From NCBI GenBank assembly GCA_016870095.1, contig VGCI01000009.1, forward strand, positions 5,518 through 69,517: a stretch of DNA of 64,000 bases, given 5' to 3'. The position numbers and the translations under genes were made by a program. This DNA comes from Alphaproteobacteria bacterium (GTDB lineage: Bacteria; Pseudomonadota; Alphaproteobacteria; Paracaedibacterales; VGCI01). Positions within the stretch are counted from its first letter, which is position 1. Each line of letters starts with the position of its first letter. The notes beneath the pieces were generated by a model. The model worked only from the letters and a program-made list of their open reading frames with translations. It searched no databases and was not told where the DNA came from. Of this stretch, positions 41,738-52,473 are shown one piece after another.

Positions 41738-43063
41738 TTATTCCGATAACACCCGAGACCAAGCCCCATCAGAAGCATCTCGATGTGTTTTCACCAACCG
41801 GACATTCCGACCCGTCAAATCGACAGCATAAAGGCGACTGTTTCCCCGTTTTCCCCCACTCTCTTTTGTAAAGAGAATAACACGACCATTAGGAGCCCAA
41901 GTTGGAGCTTCCACCAAGTGGCCATCAGCAATAAGGCGCTCATTACTGCCGTCAACATTCATAACGCCAACATAAAATTGACCTCCAGATTGCTTTGTAA
42001 AGGCGATAAGGTCACCACGAGGAGACCAAACAGGTTGAGAGTATTTTCCCTCCCCATAACTAAGACGACGAACATTACCTCCATTCGCATCCATAACATA
42101 GATGTTTTCTCGACATGAATTTGGGTCTGATCTATCAGACGTAAAAACAATTTGGGTTCCATCGGGTGAGTAACAAGGAGAGGTGTCGATACAACTATGG
42201 TTCGTTAGGCGACTAACAGTACCGGATCCCATATCCATTTTGTAAATAGCCGTTGTTCCATCCCGAGCCAAACTCATGAGCAAGCTTCTTCCGTCAGGAG
42301 AGTATCGCGGAGCGAATGTCATCCCTTTGAAGTGGCCAATTAATCGCTTTTTAAGAGTATGGACATTCAAAACATAAACATGGGCTGTTTTGTTCACATA
42401 AGCCAGATAAGCAATTTCTTTGGCATTGGGTGCGAATTGGGGCGTCAAAACCATATGCACGCCGTCGGTTAAGTACACATTTTGATGACCGTCATAATCC
42501 ATAATGGCAAGACGGCGCGTCCGTTTTCTACCTGTTCCGCGAGGCCCACTTTCATCAATATAAGCTATTTTAGTGTCGAAATAGCCACCTTCCCCTGTAA
42601 TTCGATTATAGACCGCATCCGCAATCATATGAGCCACTTTACGCCATTGCCCTCCATTTGCTGACAAGGAAATTCCAAGCATTTGTGTGCCGTTGTAAAC
42701 ATCAAATAGCCGAATCTCTACGGTTACTTTACCTCCAGTGCTCGACACATGACCGACAAGAAGACATTGCGCGTTAACCATCCGCCAGTCAGCAAAGCGG
42801 GGGGCTCTAAAAGCAGAATTTGTATCTTGAAGAAAGGCTGCCTTGCTAATCAATCGAAAAAGACCTGAATGTTCTAAATCATCTCCCACAACGGAGGCAA
42901 TATCTTTACCTATGGCTTCATTTCCACTCGAATCTATAAAATCAGGAATGGCAATGGGTGTAGGTGCAATTTGCCCTTGAGTCACATCAATTTCCAAAGT
43001 TGCCTGAATTGGAAAAGACCAGGCGAGTAGACTAATCACTAAAGATAAAACAAAGCGCAGCAT
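41738..43063 (-). CDS. tolB: Tol-Pal system beta-propeller protein TolB
   Basis: PIAIPDF, DLEHSGLF, AH.IADAVY.RITGE.GYFDTKIAY, PD40 repeats (SPCYSPDG, PVWSPRG, PTWAPNG). Confidence 0.96.
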   Translation of the reverse strand: MLRFVLSLVISLLAWSFPIQATLEIDVTQGQIAPTPIAIPDFIDSSGNEAIGKDIASVVGDDLEHSGLFRLISKAAFLQDTNSAFRAPRFADWRMVNAQCLLVGHVSSTGGKVTVEIRLFDVYNGTQMLGISLSANGGQWRKVAHMIADAVYNRITGEGGYFDTKIAYIDESGPRGTGRKRTRRLAIMDYDGHQNVYLTDGVHMVLTPQFAPNAKEIAYLAYVNKTAHVYVLNVHTLKKRLIGHFKGMTFAPRYSPDGRSLLMSLARDGTTAIYKMDMGSGTVSRLTNHSCIDTSPCYSPDGTQIVFTSDRSDPNSCRENIYVMDANGGNVRRLSYGEGKYSQPVWSPRGDLIAFTKQSGGQFYVGVMNVDGSNERLIADGHLVEAPTWAPNGRVILFTKESGGKRGNSRLYAVDLTGRNVRLVKTHRDASDGAWSRVLSE

Positions 43064-43086
43064 AGATAGGGTTCCTCTCGTCCTTA

Positions 43087-44028
43087 TTAAAACATCTCTT
43101 TGGGGTCAAATTTAAATATCATCTCTTTAAACTTCTCAAATTTGTCTTGAGGTATTGGCAGAGGACTACAATTTGGATCCATGACGGCGCGCTGAGCACT
43201 TTCAGCGGCCGTACGATAGGTGATATCCGAATTCATTCGGCCCTTATCTTGAATCTCAGCATTTTTCACAGTACCGTCTCTTCCAATTTTTATCTTAATG
43301 GGAACGACAATATTTTTAGCATCTCGCAAGCCAGAAGGAACGAGCCAACATCTGGAAAAATGACGTCTCAAAGCATCAATTTCCGAACCTGTCAGTACCG
43401 GGCCAATTGTTTCAGCAGGAGCTCCTTTTCCAGCAGATGGCGCACCTTCATCCTTACTTTCGGCTTCACTTTCGACTTCATTCAGAATGTCATCTAATGT
43501 TTTGGTAGGGGTTGCGGACTTGCTTTTTTTATCCTTTTTCTTATCGTCTTTTTTTTCATCTGGTTTCGTTTTTGGCTTTTTCTTTTTATCTAAAGTAATT
43601 TCCGCCTTTTGCTTTTGCTTTTCTTCCTGAGGCTTTTCCTTTGGTTTGTCTTTTGGCTTTTCTTTCGCTTTTGGATCAGGAATCGGCTCTGCCTCAACAG
43701 GCTTAGGTTCCTCGGGTTTTACTGGCTCAGGCTTTGCATGTTCAGGTTCCGGCTTTGGCTGAGGAGCTGGTTCTGGTTGCACAGGTTCCGGCGTCGGTTG
43801 TGGTGGCGTGGGTGCAGGCGTTGGCTTAGGGGGAGCTGGTTGCTGCGCTTCTTTTATTACTTCCGGAGCCAAAACAGGAGCGGCACTTTGTTCTGCAACT
43901 TGGACAAACTCAATCATCATAGGAGTTTCTAATGATCTCTTCTTTTCGAAAGGATTATAAAATCCAATCACCAATAAAATGAGAACTGTAAAGTGCAGGA
44001 TTGCAGAATATATTAGCGGACGCTTCAT
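43087..44028 (-). CDS. tolA: TolA
   Basis: N-terminal SxxLH TM, Pro/Lys/Glu-rich linker, C-terminal RCWLVP...AAESAQRAV..CSPLP; operon position. Confidence 0.85.
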   Translation of the reverse strand: MKRPLIYSAILHFTVLILLVIGFYNPFEKKRSLETPMMIEFVQVAEQSAAPVLAPEVIKEAQQPAPPKPTPAPTPPQPTPEPVQPEPAPQPKPEPEHAKPEPVKPEEPKPVEAEPIPDPKAKEKPKDKPKEKPQEEKQKQKAEITLDKKKKPKTKPDEKKDDKKKDKKSKSATPTKTLDDILNEVESEAESKDEGAPSAGKGAPAETIGPVLTGSEIDALRRHFSRCWLVPSGLRDAKNIVVPIKIKIGRDGTVKNAEIQDKGRMNSDITYRTAAESAQRAVMDPNCSPLPIPQDKFEKFKEMIFKFDPKEMF

Positions 44029-44033
44029 GGGCG

Positions 44034-44750
44034 TTACTGGCTCCGTATAACTTTGGGGCCATTTGCTGAATTTACTGCGGGTTTAAATGTTTGTACTGTA
44101 GGCATTCGGGGGGCTGGCGCGACAGGCACACCTGCTGGTGCTGCCTGAGGAGCCGTCCTTAAAGGGGCCGCGGGAACACCTACCTGACCGGGTGGAAGAA
44201 CACCTGGGATAACACCCTGAGGGGGAATGCCCCGAGGAACGTTTTGTGAAACAGAACCTGCAACAGCCTGAGAGGACTTTTTAACCATTAAGTTTTTCCC
44301 TTTATCTGGGCCGGAAGGCATTTCGGCAATAAGAGAAACTTTGTTAAAACCAGCTGCAGCAATAATTCCCATCACTTCCATGACACGACCATAATTAATT
44401 TTTTGATCCCCACGGACATAGATTTTCGCATCCGGATTGCTACCCGAAACAGCAATTAATCTTTCAATTAAGGCATCTCCTTCAAGCTCTGTTTCAGAAA
44501 GGTAGGCTTTCCCACTGGCATCCACAGAAACAACAAGGGGTTCCACTTGATCATTCATCTTTGCCGCTTTTGTTTTCGGCAGATCAACAGGAACTCCCAC
44601 CGTCAGCATGGGAGCGGTAACCATAAAAATCACAAGCAAAACAAGCATGACATCCACAAAGGGCGTGACATTAATTTCGGTAAATGCCTGACCTGTAGAT
44701 CGACGTCGAGCGCCCTGTCTTGCCGAAGCGCGGTTCATTGAAACAGCCAT
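44034..44750 (-). CDS. tolR: TolR with a ~95-aa Pro-rich C-terminal extension
   Basis: [48 protein letters not shown]. Confidence 0.93.
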   Translation of the reverse strand: MAVSMNRASARQGARRRSTGQAFTEINVTPFVDVMLVLLVIFMVTAPMLTVGVPVDLPKTKAAKMNDQVEPLVVSVDASGKAYLSETELEGDALIERLIAVSGSNPDAKIYVRGDQKINYGRVMEVMGIIAAAGFNKVSLIAEMPSGPDKGKNLMVKKSSQAVAGSVSQNVPRGIPPQGVIPGVLPPGQVGVPAAPLRTAPQAAPAGVPVAPAPRMPTVQTFKPAVNSANGPKVIRSQ

Positions 44751-44753
44751 AGC

Positions 44754-45500
44754 TTATACTTGCTCCTCAAATTGGCGAGATATAATGGCACTAAATTCAT
44801 TAGAAAAAGCGTCTAAACGATTCGCATAGCGATTTAAATCGCTCGAGAGTTTATTGTAAGCAATAACAGCAGGAATCGCCGCAACCAACCCAACAGCTGT
44901 TGCAAAAAGGGCTTCCGCAATACCAGGTGCCACTGCCACCACCGTTAGATTCGCATTTTGTTGCGTTGCTAAAGCCTGAAAGCTATTCATAATACCCAAA
45001 ACGGTTCCAAATAATCCAATAAAAGGAGCCGTTGCTCCGGTAGAGGCTAAAAATCCCATATGCCGCTCGAGACGATCCATTTCCCGACCTGAAGTCAACT
45101 GCATTACACGTTCAATACGTTGTTGCAATGTACCTCTAGAGTCCGTTGAGCTCGCCAAACCCTTTGAAATTGAACGACGCCATTCTCGCATAGCTGCACA
45201 AAAAATGGCACTTAATGGATCTTGGGGACGATTGTTAATCCGATCATAAAGATCATCCAGAGCCCCCCCTGACCAAAATGCTTCTTCAAATTGTTCTGCC
45301 GTTGTATGAAGACGACGCAATCGAATAACTTTTTGAAAAATAATAGTCCAACACCAAAAAGAAGCGCCTATTAAAACAATAATAACCAATTTAATAATGG
45401 GAGCGGCATCCCAAAACATCGCCCACAGGGAAAGTCCTTCAGAAAGATTGGTTGTGGCTGAAGCTACGGCAGCAACAGATTGAATAGCTGATTGATCCAT
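44754..45500 (-). CDS. tolQ: TolQ
   Basis: LASTGATAPFIGLFGTVLGIM.SF, APGIAEALFATA.GL.AAIPAV.AYN. Confidence 0.96.
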   Translation of the reverse strand: MDQSAIQSVAAVASATTNLSEGLSLWAMFWDAAPIIKLVIIVLIGASFWCWTIIFQKVIRLRRLHTTAEQFEEAFWSGGALDDLYDRINNRPQDPLSAIFCAAMREWRRSISKGLASSTDSRGTLQQRIERVMQLTSGREMDRLERHMGFLASTGATAPFIGLFGTVLGIMNSFQALATQQNANLTVVAVAPGIAEALFATAVGLVAAIPAVIAYNKLSSDLNRYANRLDAFSNEFSAIISRQFEEQV

Positions 45501-45600
45501 AATTCTTATTTTCCCCGAAATTTATTTGTATGAATATTATAATTTACTATTATCTAATATTGACCAAAATTTCAAGTAGATCCATAGGTGATATTAAAAA

Positions 45601-46473
45601 TTATTCCCTCGTTGGCCACTGCATTAAACGTGCCTCTGGCACCTGATTGGTAAACCACGTGATTTGACGTTTTGCATACCTTCGAGTTGCTTGTTGCCCT
45701 TGTAAAATTGCGACTTCTAAAGTTATTTCTCCCTGTAAATAAGCCGCCAACTCCGGCACACCCACCGCCTTTAAAATAGGAGATTGAGGATCGATATTTT
45801 GCTGAAGCAAATATTCAACCTCTCTTAACGCCCCCTTTTCAATCATTTCTACAAAGCGATTATTAATACGCTGATAAAGAATTTCTCGTGAGGGAAGAAG
45901 AACAAAGTATTCACAATTTAAATTGAGTATTTTTTGAGTTTGACCTTGGCATTGTTGAATTGATTTATGAGTGGCTCGCATAACTTCTAAGGCACGCGTC
46001 AAACGTTGTGTATCATTTTGGTGCAAAATTCCTTCAATTTTTGGGTCTTCTTTTATCACTATCATAAAGAAATCTTCTTCGCTTAATCTTTCAGATAGGT
46101 GGCGCACTTCTTGCCGTATGGCTTGGGGGATGTGCGGCATAGGAGATATCCCTTGAGTGAGAGCCCGCAAATAAAGACCGGTACCACCCACCACAATAGG
46201 CGTTTTCCCTCGGGACAAGATGTCTTCAATAACTCGTGAAGCTTCTTCATACCACCAGCCGAGAGAGCTAATTTGATTGCCTTTTAATACACCATAAAGA
46301 TGATGAGGAATGCCTTGTAAGTCGGTTGGTCGAGCGGTCAGACTATGCAAATGACTATACAATTGCATACTATCTCCGTTAACAATCTCTCCATCAACTT
46401 GCTTTGCAAGATGAAGAGCATAATCTGACTTACCACTCGCCGTTGGACCCCCAATAATGTATGTGTCTGACAC
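45601..46473 (-). CDS. miaA: tRNA dimethylallyltransferase
   Basis: GPTASGKS, NGDSMQLY, VGGTGLY, RRYAKRQITWF. Confidence 0.97.
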   Translation of the reverse strand: MSDTYIIGGPTASGKSDYALHLAKQVDGEIVNGDSMQLYSHLHSLTARPTDLQGIPHHLYGVLKGNQISSLGWWYEEASRVIEDILSRGKTPIVVGGTGLYLRALTQGISPMPHIPQAIRQEVRHLSERLSEEDFFMIVIKEDPKIEGILHQNDTQRLTRALEVMRATHKSIQQCQGQTQKILNLNCEYFVLLPSREILYQRINNRFVEMIEKGALREVEYLLQQNIDPQSPILKAVGVPELAAYLQGEITLEVAILQGQQATRRYAKRQITWFTNQVPEARLMQWPTRE

Positions 46474-46638
46474 TTGTTATCCTTCTGTCAGTCAAAATCA
46501 GCACAGAAAATTTTTGCTTACTATAAATTTCAAATTTTAAGAAACGAGTTTTTATCTACAATAAAGATCCACAAATTAATTTAATAACAACTAAATAAAA
46601 TTACGCAAATAAAACCAATAATTGCAATATCAATAATT

Positions 46639-49479
46639 TTATAAATAAGATTTCAAATATTGTCCCGTATAACTTTTTTTAACACTAGCAACTTGTTCTG
46701 GCGTTCCTGTGGCTATGATTTGCCCGCCCTTAAACCCACCTTCAGGTCCCAGATCGATAATCCAATCTCCGGTTTTAATGACTTCCAGATTATGTTCAAT
46801 CACAATAACCGTGTTTCCTTGATCCACAAGAGCGTGGAGAACTTCAAGTAATTTTCGCACATCTTCAAAATGAAGTCCTGTTGTGGGCTCATCTAAGATA
46901 TAAACCGTTCTTCCTGTCGCTCGTCGCGACAGCTCTTTAGCTAGCTTTACACGTTGAGCCTCCCCTCCCGAAAGAGTCGTTGCCTGCTGGCCCACATGGA
47001 TATAACCAAGACCAACCTGTTGGAGCGTTTTCAGTTTTTCGCGTACCAAAGAGTGAGCATCAAAAAAATCCACCGCCTCATCAACGGTCATATCCAAAAT
47101 ATCGGAAATAGATTTTCCTTTAAATTTGACATCTAACGTTTCTCGGTTATACCGCTTACCATGGCACTGATCGCATTGCACATAAACATCCGGCAAAAAA
47201 TGCATTTCAATTTTTATAACACCATCACCCTGACATGCCTCACAACGCCCTCCTTTGACGTTAAAGGAAAAACGACCCGGAGCGTATCCGCGAGCCTTAC
47301 TTTCTGGCAGACCCGCAAACCATTCTCGAATGGGGGTAAAACAACCAATATAAGTTGCGGGGTTAGACCGTGGGGTCCGTCCAATAGGGGATTGATCGAT
47401 ATCGATAACCTTATCGATATGCTCTAAACCTTTCAAATCATCATGGGGACCTGCCGGATCCTTTGTATCAGAAAATTCTCGCGCCAACGCTTTATAAAGC
47501 GTCTCAATAACGAGTGAAGATTTACCGCCTCCTGACACTCCTGTGACGCAAGTTAACGTTCCTAAGGGGAAATCAACAGTCACATTTTTCAAATTGTTGG
47601 AACGTGCGCCCACCACTTTGAGAGCATGCCCAGATCCCTTACGGCGATTCTTAGGGATATCAATTTTGCGTTTTCCAGATAAATACTGACCGGTAAGACT
47701 TTTTTTATTGTTCAAAATTTCCGCAAGTGTCCCTTGCGCAACAATTTCACCCCCATGGCGGCCAGCTCCAGGGCCCATATCAATGACCTGATCCGCCGTA
47801 CGAATAGCATCTTCATCGTGTTCAACCACAACAACCGTATTCCCAATATCACGCAAATGCTTTAAGGTTGACAGGAGGCGGTCATTATCACGCTGATGAA
47901 GCCCGATAGATGGTTCATCCAATACGTACAAAACACCTGTCAATCCTGACCCAATTTGCGAAGCAAGTCGAATGCGTTGACTTTCCCCTCCCGATAACGT
48001 CCCCGAAGAACGGGATAGAGTCAAATAATCAAGACCGACATTTACCAAAAAGGTCAATCGATTATGAATTTCTTTCAGAATGCGGTGAGAAATTTCCTGA
48101 TGCTTTTTGCTAAGATCAACTGTAGAAAACCATGTCGATGCCTCTCCAATAGAAAGAGCACATATTTCGCTGATCGAGCGACCGGCAATTTTAACACACA
48201 AAGCCTCCGGTTTTAATCTCTGCCCCTGACAAGCTGAACAGGGACTCATCATTTGATAACGTGTTAAGTCTTGACGAATCCAATCGCTCTCTGTATCTCG
48301 CCAGCGTCGTTGGAGATTGGGTAATACACCTTCAAAGGCTTTATGGGTTGTATATTTGCGCATACCATCATCAAATGCTAAGGAAACGGATTGTCCTTTT
48401 GACCCATTGAGAATTAATTCTTGTATAGTCGTTGGAAGGTCTCCAAAGGGCGTATCCATAGAAAATTTAAAATGGCGAGCGAGTGATTCTAGAACTTGTG
48501 AATAATATTCATTCGTTTGGAATCGTTTGCGACCTGTTCCTTGAGCAACGGCCCAAGGTTTAATAGCACCTTCCCGTAAACTCAAATTCGTATTGGGAAC
48601 CACTAATGACGCCACAAAGTCAATCTCCATACCAAGTCCATCACAGGTAGGGCATGCACCATGAGGGCTGTTAAATGAAAAGAGACGAGGCTCAATTTCA
48701 TTGAGGGTAAAACCGGAAACGGGGCAGGCAAATTTTGCTGAAAAAGTCGTTTGTTCGCCCCCATCAACTTGTTCTGCAAGCGCAAGGCCATCACTTAAAT
48801 TTAAAGCTGTTTCTAAAGAGTCCGCCAAACGTTGGGCAATTTCTGGTTGCACCACAATTCTATCCACAACAACTTCAATGTCATGGTTAACTTTTTTATT
48901 GAGCGCAGGGACTTGATCAATTTCATAAACAACACCATCAACTTTAACGCGCTGAAACCCCTTTTTACGTAAATCCAAAATTTCTCGTTTATATTCCCCT
49001 TTCCGTCCCCGCACAATCGGAGACAAAAGGAGAAGGCGAGTTCCTGCAGGCATTCCTAAAATACGATCCACCATTTGGCTTACCGTTTGAGCCTCAATTG
49101 GCAAACCCGTTGCCGGTGAATGGGGAATACCAATACGAGCAAAAAGAAGCCGCAAATAATCATACAGTTCCGTCACAGTGCCTACTGTCGAGCGGGGATT
49201 TTTAGAAGTTGTTTTTTGTTCGATAGAAATGGCAGGACTCAATCCGTCAATGGAATCAACATCCGGTTTTTGCATAAGTTGTAAAAATTGACGAGCATAT
49301 GCAGATAAACTTTCAACATATCGCCGTTGACCTTCCGCATACAGCGTATCGAATGCTAAGGAAGACTTGCCGGAGCCGCTCAGCCCCGTAATCACAACCA
49401 AACGATCGCGCGGGATATCGACATTAATGTCTTTCAGATTATGCTCACGAGCGCCACGGATGCTAATATTTGTCGTCAT
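46639..49479 (-). CDS. uvrA: Excinuclease ABC subunit A
   Basis: [21 protein letters not shown], two ABC modules ([18 protein letters not shown]), Zn fingers. Confidence 0.98.
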   Translation of the reverse strand: MTTNISIRGAREHNLKDINVDIPRDRLVVITGLSGSGKSSLAFDTLYAEGQRRYVESLSAYARQFLQLMQKPDVDSIDGLSPAISIEQKTTSKNPRSTVGTVTELYDYLRLLFARIGIPHSPATGLPIEAQTVSQMVDRILGMPAGTRLLLLSPIVRGRKGEYKREILDLRKKGFQRVKVDGVVYEIDQVPALNKKVNHDIEVVVDRIVVQPEIAQRLADSLETALNLSDGLALAEQVDGGEQTTFSAKFACPVSGFTLNEIEPRLFSFNSPHGACPTCDGLGMEIDFVASLVVPNTNLSLREGAIKPWAVAQGTGRKRFQTNEYYSQVLESLARHFKFSMDTPFGDLPTTIQELILNGSKGQSVSLAFDDGMRKYTTHKAFEGVLPNLQRRWRDTESDWIRQDLTRYQMMSPCSACQGQRLKPEALCVKIAGRSISEICALSIGEASTWFSTVDLSKKHQEISHRILKEIHNRLTFLVNVGLDYLTLSRSSGTLSGGESQRIRLASQIGSGLTGVLYVLDEPSIGLHQRDNDRLLSTLKHLRDIGNTVVVVEHDEDAIRTADQVIDMGPGAGRHGGEIVAQGTLAEILNNKKSLTGQYLSGKRKIDIPKNRRKGSGHALKVVGARSNNLKNVTVDFPLGTLTCVTGVSGGGKSSLVIETLYKALAREFSDTKDPAGPHDDLKGLEHIDKVIDIDQSPIGRTPRSNPATYIGCFTPIREWFAGLPESKARGYAPGRFSFNVKGGRCEACQGDGVIKIEMHFLPDVYVQCDQCHGKRYNRETLDVKFKGKSISDILDMTVDEAVDFFDAHSLVREKLKTLQQVGLGYIHVGQQATTLSGGEAQRVKLAKELSRRATGRTVYILDEPTTGLHFEDVRKLLEVLHALVDQGNTVIVIEHNLEVIKTGDWIIDLGPEGGFKGGQIIATGTPEQVASVKKSYTGQYLKSYL

Positions 49480-50453
49480 AAATCTTCCCTCGGGTGATTC
49501 AAAAAGTCTTCCAGAACTGCCGCTCTTTGCAATCGATCATTAATGGCCACCCCTAATCCCGTAGAGGGAATTGGCATCACAGCAATACCCGTATATAAAT
49601 CCTTATCGAGTTGGCGTAACATCCTAAATAAGTTTGCAGCGGCTTCTCTGAAATCACCAGTTTCACTTAAATTTAAAGTCACAGGCACTGTTGTTGTAGG
49701 GCCAAATCCCAAAAGCGCTTCTCCCGGACGGCAATCCAAAGCATTTAGGCGTAAAGGACGATGAGGAGCATAATGACGATGCATCATCCCTGGAGCCTTA
49801 ATAAGAGACCCAGGCGTATTTTTTTTCGCATAATAAATTGACCCGACAATCGACTCTAAAGATTCTCGCAAAACACTGCCGGGACGCAGCAATATTGGCC
49901 TGTCTTCAGATAAATCTAAGATAGTCGACTCCAATCCAATTTCACAAGGACCACCATCAAGTATTAGGGGGACAAAATCTCCCAATGACATAGCAACATC
50001 ATCAGCAGAAGTTGGACTAATTGTTGTGGAGCGATTTGCACTCGGTGCAGCCAGCGGTTTCCCATATTCTTGAATCAATCGACCAGCAACGGGGTGCGAC
50101 GGGCATCGAATGGCTAATGTGTCCAATCCCCCACTCGCAAGTAAGGAAATAGGGCAATTTTTCTTACGATTGAGCACAAGGGTTAAAGGTCCTGGCCAAA
50201 ACATCTCCATTAAAGATTGGGCTTCAAGACTCATGTCGACAAGAGTTTCTGCTTCCTGTGTAGAACTCACATGAATAATCAACGGATTAAAAGTTGGGCG
50301 ATTTTTGACCTCAAAAATCCGCGCCACAGCGTTATCTTGAGTTGCATCTGCGGCTAAGCCATAAACCGTTTCCGTTGGCATACCAATCACCTGTCCTTCT
50401 CGCAAGAGACGACAAGCCTCCTGTATCCCGTGGGGTGTCGGCGCAATGATCAT
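49476..50453 (-). CDS. tsaC: L-threonylcarbamoyladenylate synthase (Sua5 type with C-terminal domain)
   Basis: [55 protein letters not shown]. Confidence 0.94.
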   Translation of the reverse strand: MIIAPTPHGIQEACRLLREGQVIGMPTETVYGLAADATQDNAVARIFEVKNRPTFNPLIIHVSSTQEAETLVDMSLEAQSLMEMFWPGPLTLVLNRKKNCPISLLASGGLDTLAIRCPSHPVAGRLIQEYGKPLAAPSANRSTTISPTSADDVAMSLGDFVPLILDGGPCEIGLESTILDLSEDRPILLRPGSVLRESLESIVGSIYYAKKNTPGSLIKAPGMMHRHYAPHRPLRLNALDCRPGEALLGFGPTTTVPVTLNLSETGDFREAAANLFRMLRQLDKDLYTGIAVMPIPSTGLGVAINDRLQRAAVLEDFLNHPREDL

Positions 50454-50603
50454 TATATATACAACTCTATAATTTTTATTTTTATACTCTTATGTAAGCT
50501 ATTTTTGAAAAAAATTCTAGCAGAGATAGACCAATCTGGAAGATCAGGGGATGCATTTTATACCGTTCTACCTCTTGGTCTTCCAAGTTTTCAATTCCCC
50601 GGA

Positions 50604-50632
50604 TTGCTTTTTGAGCTCTCCACAGCTATACT
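50604..50632 (+). promoter_or_regulatory. Putative sigma70 promoter of the YccA-family gene
   Basis: TTGCTT-N17-TATACT (GCTATACT) 34 nt upstream of ATG 50667. Confidence 0.5.
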
Positions 50633-50666
50633 AAGATTGAATTCTATAACTTTAGGAGGAAATATT

Positions 50667-51389
50667 ATGAGCAAAATTGAAGATAAAACTGTTTGGCGTG
50701 CAGAGCGGAGCGTTGGAGCCCTGGAGGGTATTGATCAAGGTTTACGCTCATACTTAAGCCAAGTTTATATGTTTATGGCCTTTGGGTTGCTATTAACAGG
50801 TGGTGCGGCTTATACAGTCGCAAATGTCCCTGCAATGATGCAACTTGTGTTTGGCACAGGCTTAAAATGGGTATTTGTTTTTGCGCCTCTTGCTCTTGTT
50901 TTCTTTTTGAGTTTTCGTATTAACACCTTGAAATATGCAACGGCACAAGCCTTATTCTGGACTTATTCAGCTATGGTGGGTGTTTCCCTTGCTTCCATAT
51001 TTTTGATGTATACGGGTACGAGCATTGCGCGCATCTTTTTCATAACATCCTCAATGTTTGGAGCCATAAGTCTTTATGGTTACACAACAAATAGAGATTT
51101 ATCGGGTATGGGATCTTTTATGTTTATGGGACTGATCGGCATTGTTATTGCCAGTATCATTAACATGTTCATGCAAAGCTCTGCGATGCAGTTTATTATT
51201 TCTATTATCTCCGTTATCGTGTTTACTGGCTTGACTGCTTATGATACGCAAACGATTAAATCGATTTATTATGCCGGAGATAACCAAGAAGTTATGGGCA
51301 AGAAAGCGTTAATGGGAGCTTTAAGGTTATATCTAGATTTCCTAAACCTCTTTTTAGCACTGCTACAACTCTTCGGCGATCGTCGCTAA
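50667..51389 (+). CDS. Bax inhibitor-1/YccA family membrane protein (start moved to ATG 50667)
   Basis: AGGAGG RBS; GLRSYL..VY..M, YGYTT.RDLS.MG.F, F.GLTAYDTQ.IK, GAL.LYLDF.NLF..LL.LFG.R. Confidence 0.93.
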   Translation: MSKIEDKTVWRAERSVGALEGIDQGLRSYLSQVYMFMAFGLLLTGGAAYTVANVPAMMQLVFGTGLKWVFVFAPLALVFFLSFRINTLKYATAQALFWTYSAMVGVSLASIFLMYTGTSIARIFFITSSMFGAISLYGYTTNRDLSGMGSFMFMGLIGIVIASIINMFMQSSAMQFIISIISVIVFTGLTAYDTQTIKSIYYAGDNQEVMGKKALMGALRLYLDFLNLFLALLQLFGDRR

Positions 51390-51412
51390 AAAAGCAAAAA
51401 ACAATTAAAGTT

Positions 51413-51444
51413 AAAGGGGATTTTTCGGAAGAAAAGTCCCCTTT
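51413..51444. terminator. Bidirectional terminator between yccA-like and PAAR-like genes
   Basis: AAAGGGGATTTTTC-GGAA-GAAAAGTCCCCTTT hairpin. Confidence 0.75.
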
Positions 51445-51460
51445 GTTTATGACGCTCGCC

Positions 51461-52429
51461 TCACGGGACAGTAGCCTTATTTTGTCCGGGATCCTCTATT
51501 TCTATAACCCCTGCATATACACAAATTAATTTTGAGGTATGAGTAAGAGTTGGTTTATCCAACATTGTGGCATCATGAGACCCAGGCAACCACGGAGTCG
51601 TTGTTTTTGGGGTACAAGGTTGAGGCCTTAACTGACCATTGGCTTTTTTTGTCGCTTCAGCAACTGCAGGATTGGCACGACTCGTACAATAGCAAAACGG
51701 ACGAATGTTAATATTGGGAAGATGATCCATAACGGAACCTACAGCGTTGCCATCCACAGTGGCTATAGAATCTAAATTCATATCAATCCCACCAGAAACC
51801 GCTGGCACTTTTATGGACGCGGTCAGTCCAATACCAACACCTGCACCCGCTTGTGCCTGAGCACCAATCCCACTTTTTATGGCTTGAGATTGTTGCGCGG
51901 CTCCCTTCATCGCACCGTTGACAAATTCTTCCTTAGAAAGAACAGCGCCCGTTTCAACATTATAAGTCACTCGCATTCCATGTTCCTTACCGGCCGCAAA
52001 ATTTGTCTGGACTGCCAATCGACCTTGAGCGTCATAGAATTTACTTTCTCCAGCCATAACCCCTTTATTAAAATGCATCTGCGCCGTTACGACACCATTA
52101 TCATATATCATGGCAGGCCCATGGAGTTTGCCACCCACAAACATCAGTCTTTGCGTTGCTTGTCCCTTTGCATCAAAGGTCGCGCTCTCCCCCATAGCAA
52201 CACCTGCTTTAAAATTTGCTTGCGCAACTACTTTTCCGGAAGCATCAAATTTTTTGACAAGACCGTCAGGAACGGTAAGACTTGCGCCTAATACTACGCC
52301 CCCACCGACAGCACCTACCCCTGTTGAAACGGCTTCAATGGGAATTTCCAAAGGAGATACTTTTAATTTGCTAGAACAGGTGCCATATGAACAAGTTAGA
52401 CTAACCTTATCAACAACAAAAAAGACCAT
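51461..52429 (-). CDS. DUF4280 (PAAR-like) T6SS spike-tip protein split by a MORN-like repeat insertion
   Basis: N-terminal LTCSYG.CSS.L.V and C-terminal MDHLPNINIRPFCYC.S.ANPAVA.AT...PQPC.P.T..PW.PG...KLIC.YAG.I.I.DPGQ are DUF4280 hallmarks; five ~24-aa repeats (Y/F)D..G......(F)..G...G lie between; ATG 52429 has an AAGGGG RBS (ORF track starts at TTG 52435). Confidence 0.85.
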   Translation of the reverse strand: MVFFVVDKVSLTCSYGTCSSKLKVSPLEIPIEAVSTGVGAVGGGVVLGASLTVPDGLVKKFDASGKVVAQANFKAGVAMGESATFDAKGQATQRLMFVGGKLHGPAMIYDNGVVTAQMHFNKGVMAGESKFYDAQGRLAVQTNFAAGKEHGMRVTYNVETGAVLSKEEFVNGAMKGAAQQSQAIKSGIGAQAQAGAGVGIGLTASIKVPAVSGGIDMNLDSIATVDGNAVGSVMDHLPNINIRPFCYCTSRANPAVAEATKKANGQLRPQPCTPKTTTPWLPGSHDATMLDKPTLTHTSKLICVYAGVIEIEDPGQNKATVP

Positions 52430-52473
52430 TTTCAAACCCCTTTAATGTGGCATAGGTATTCCCCATTTCAGCT

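Noticed and set aside
43609-43932. 107-aa Trp/Arg/Phe-rich ORF
   Set aside because: Antisense reading of the Pro/Lys/Glu-rich TolA linker.
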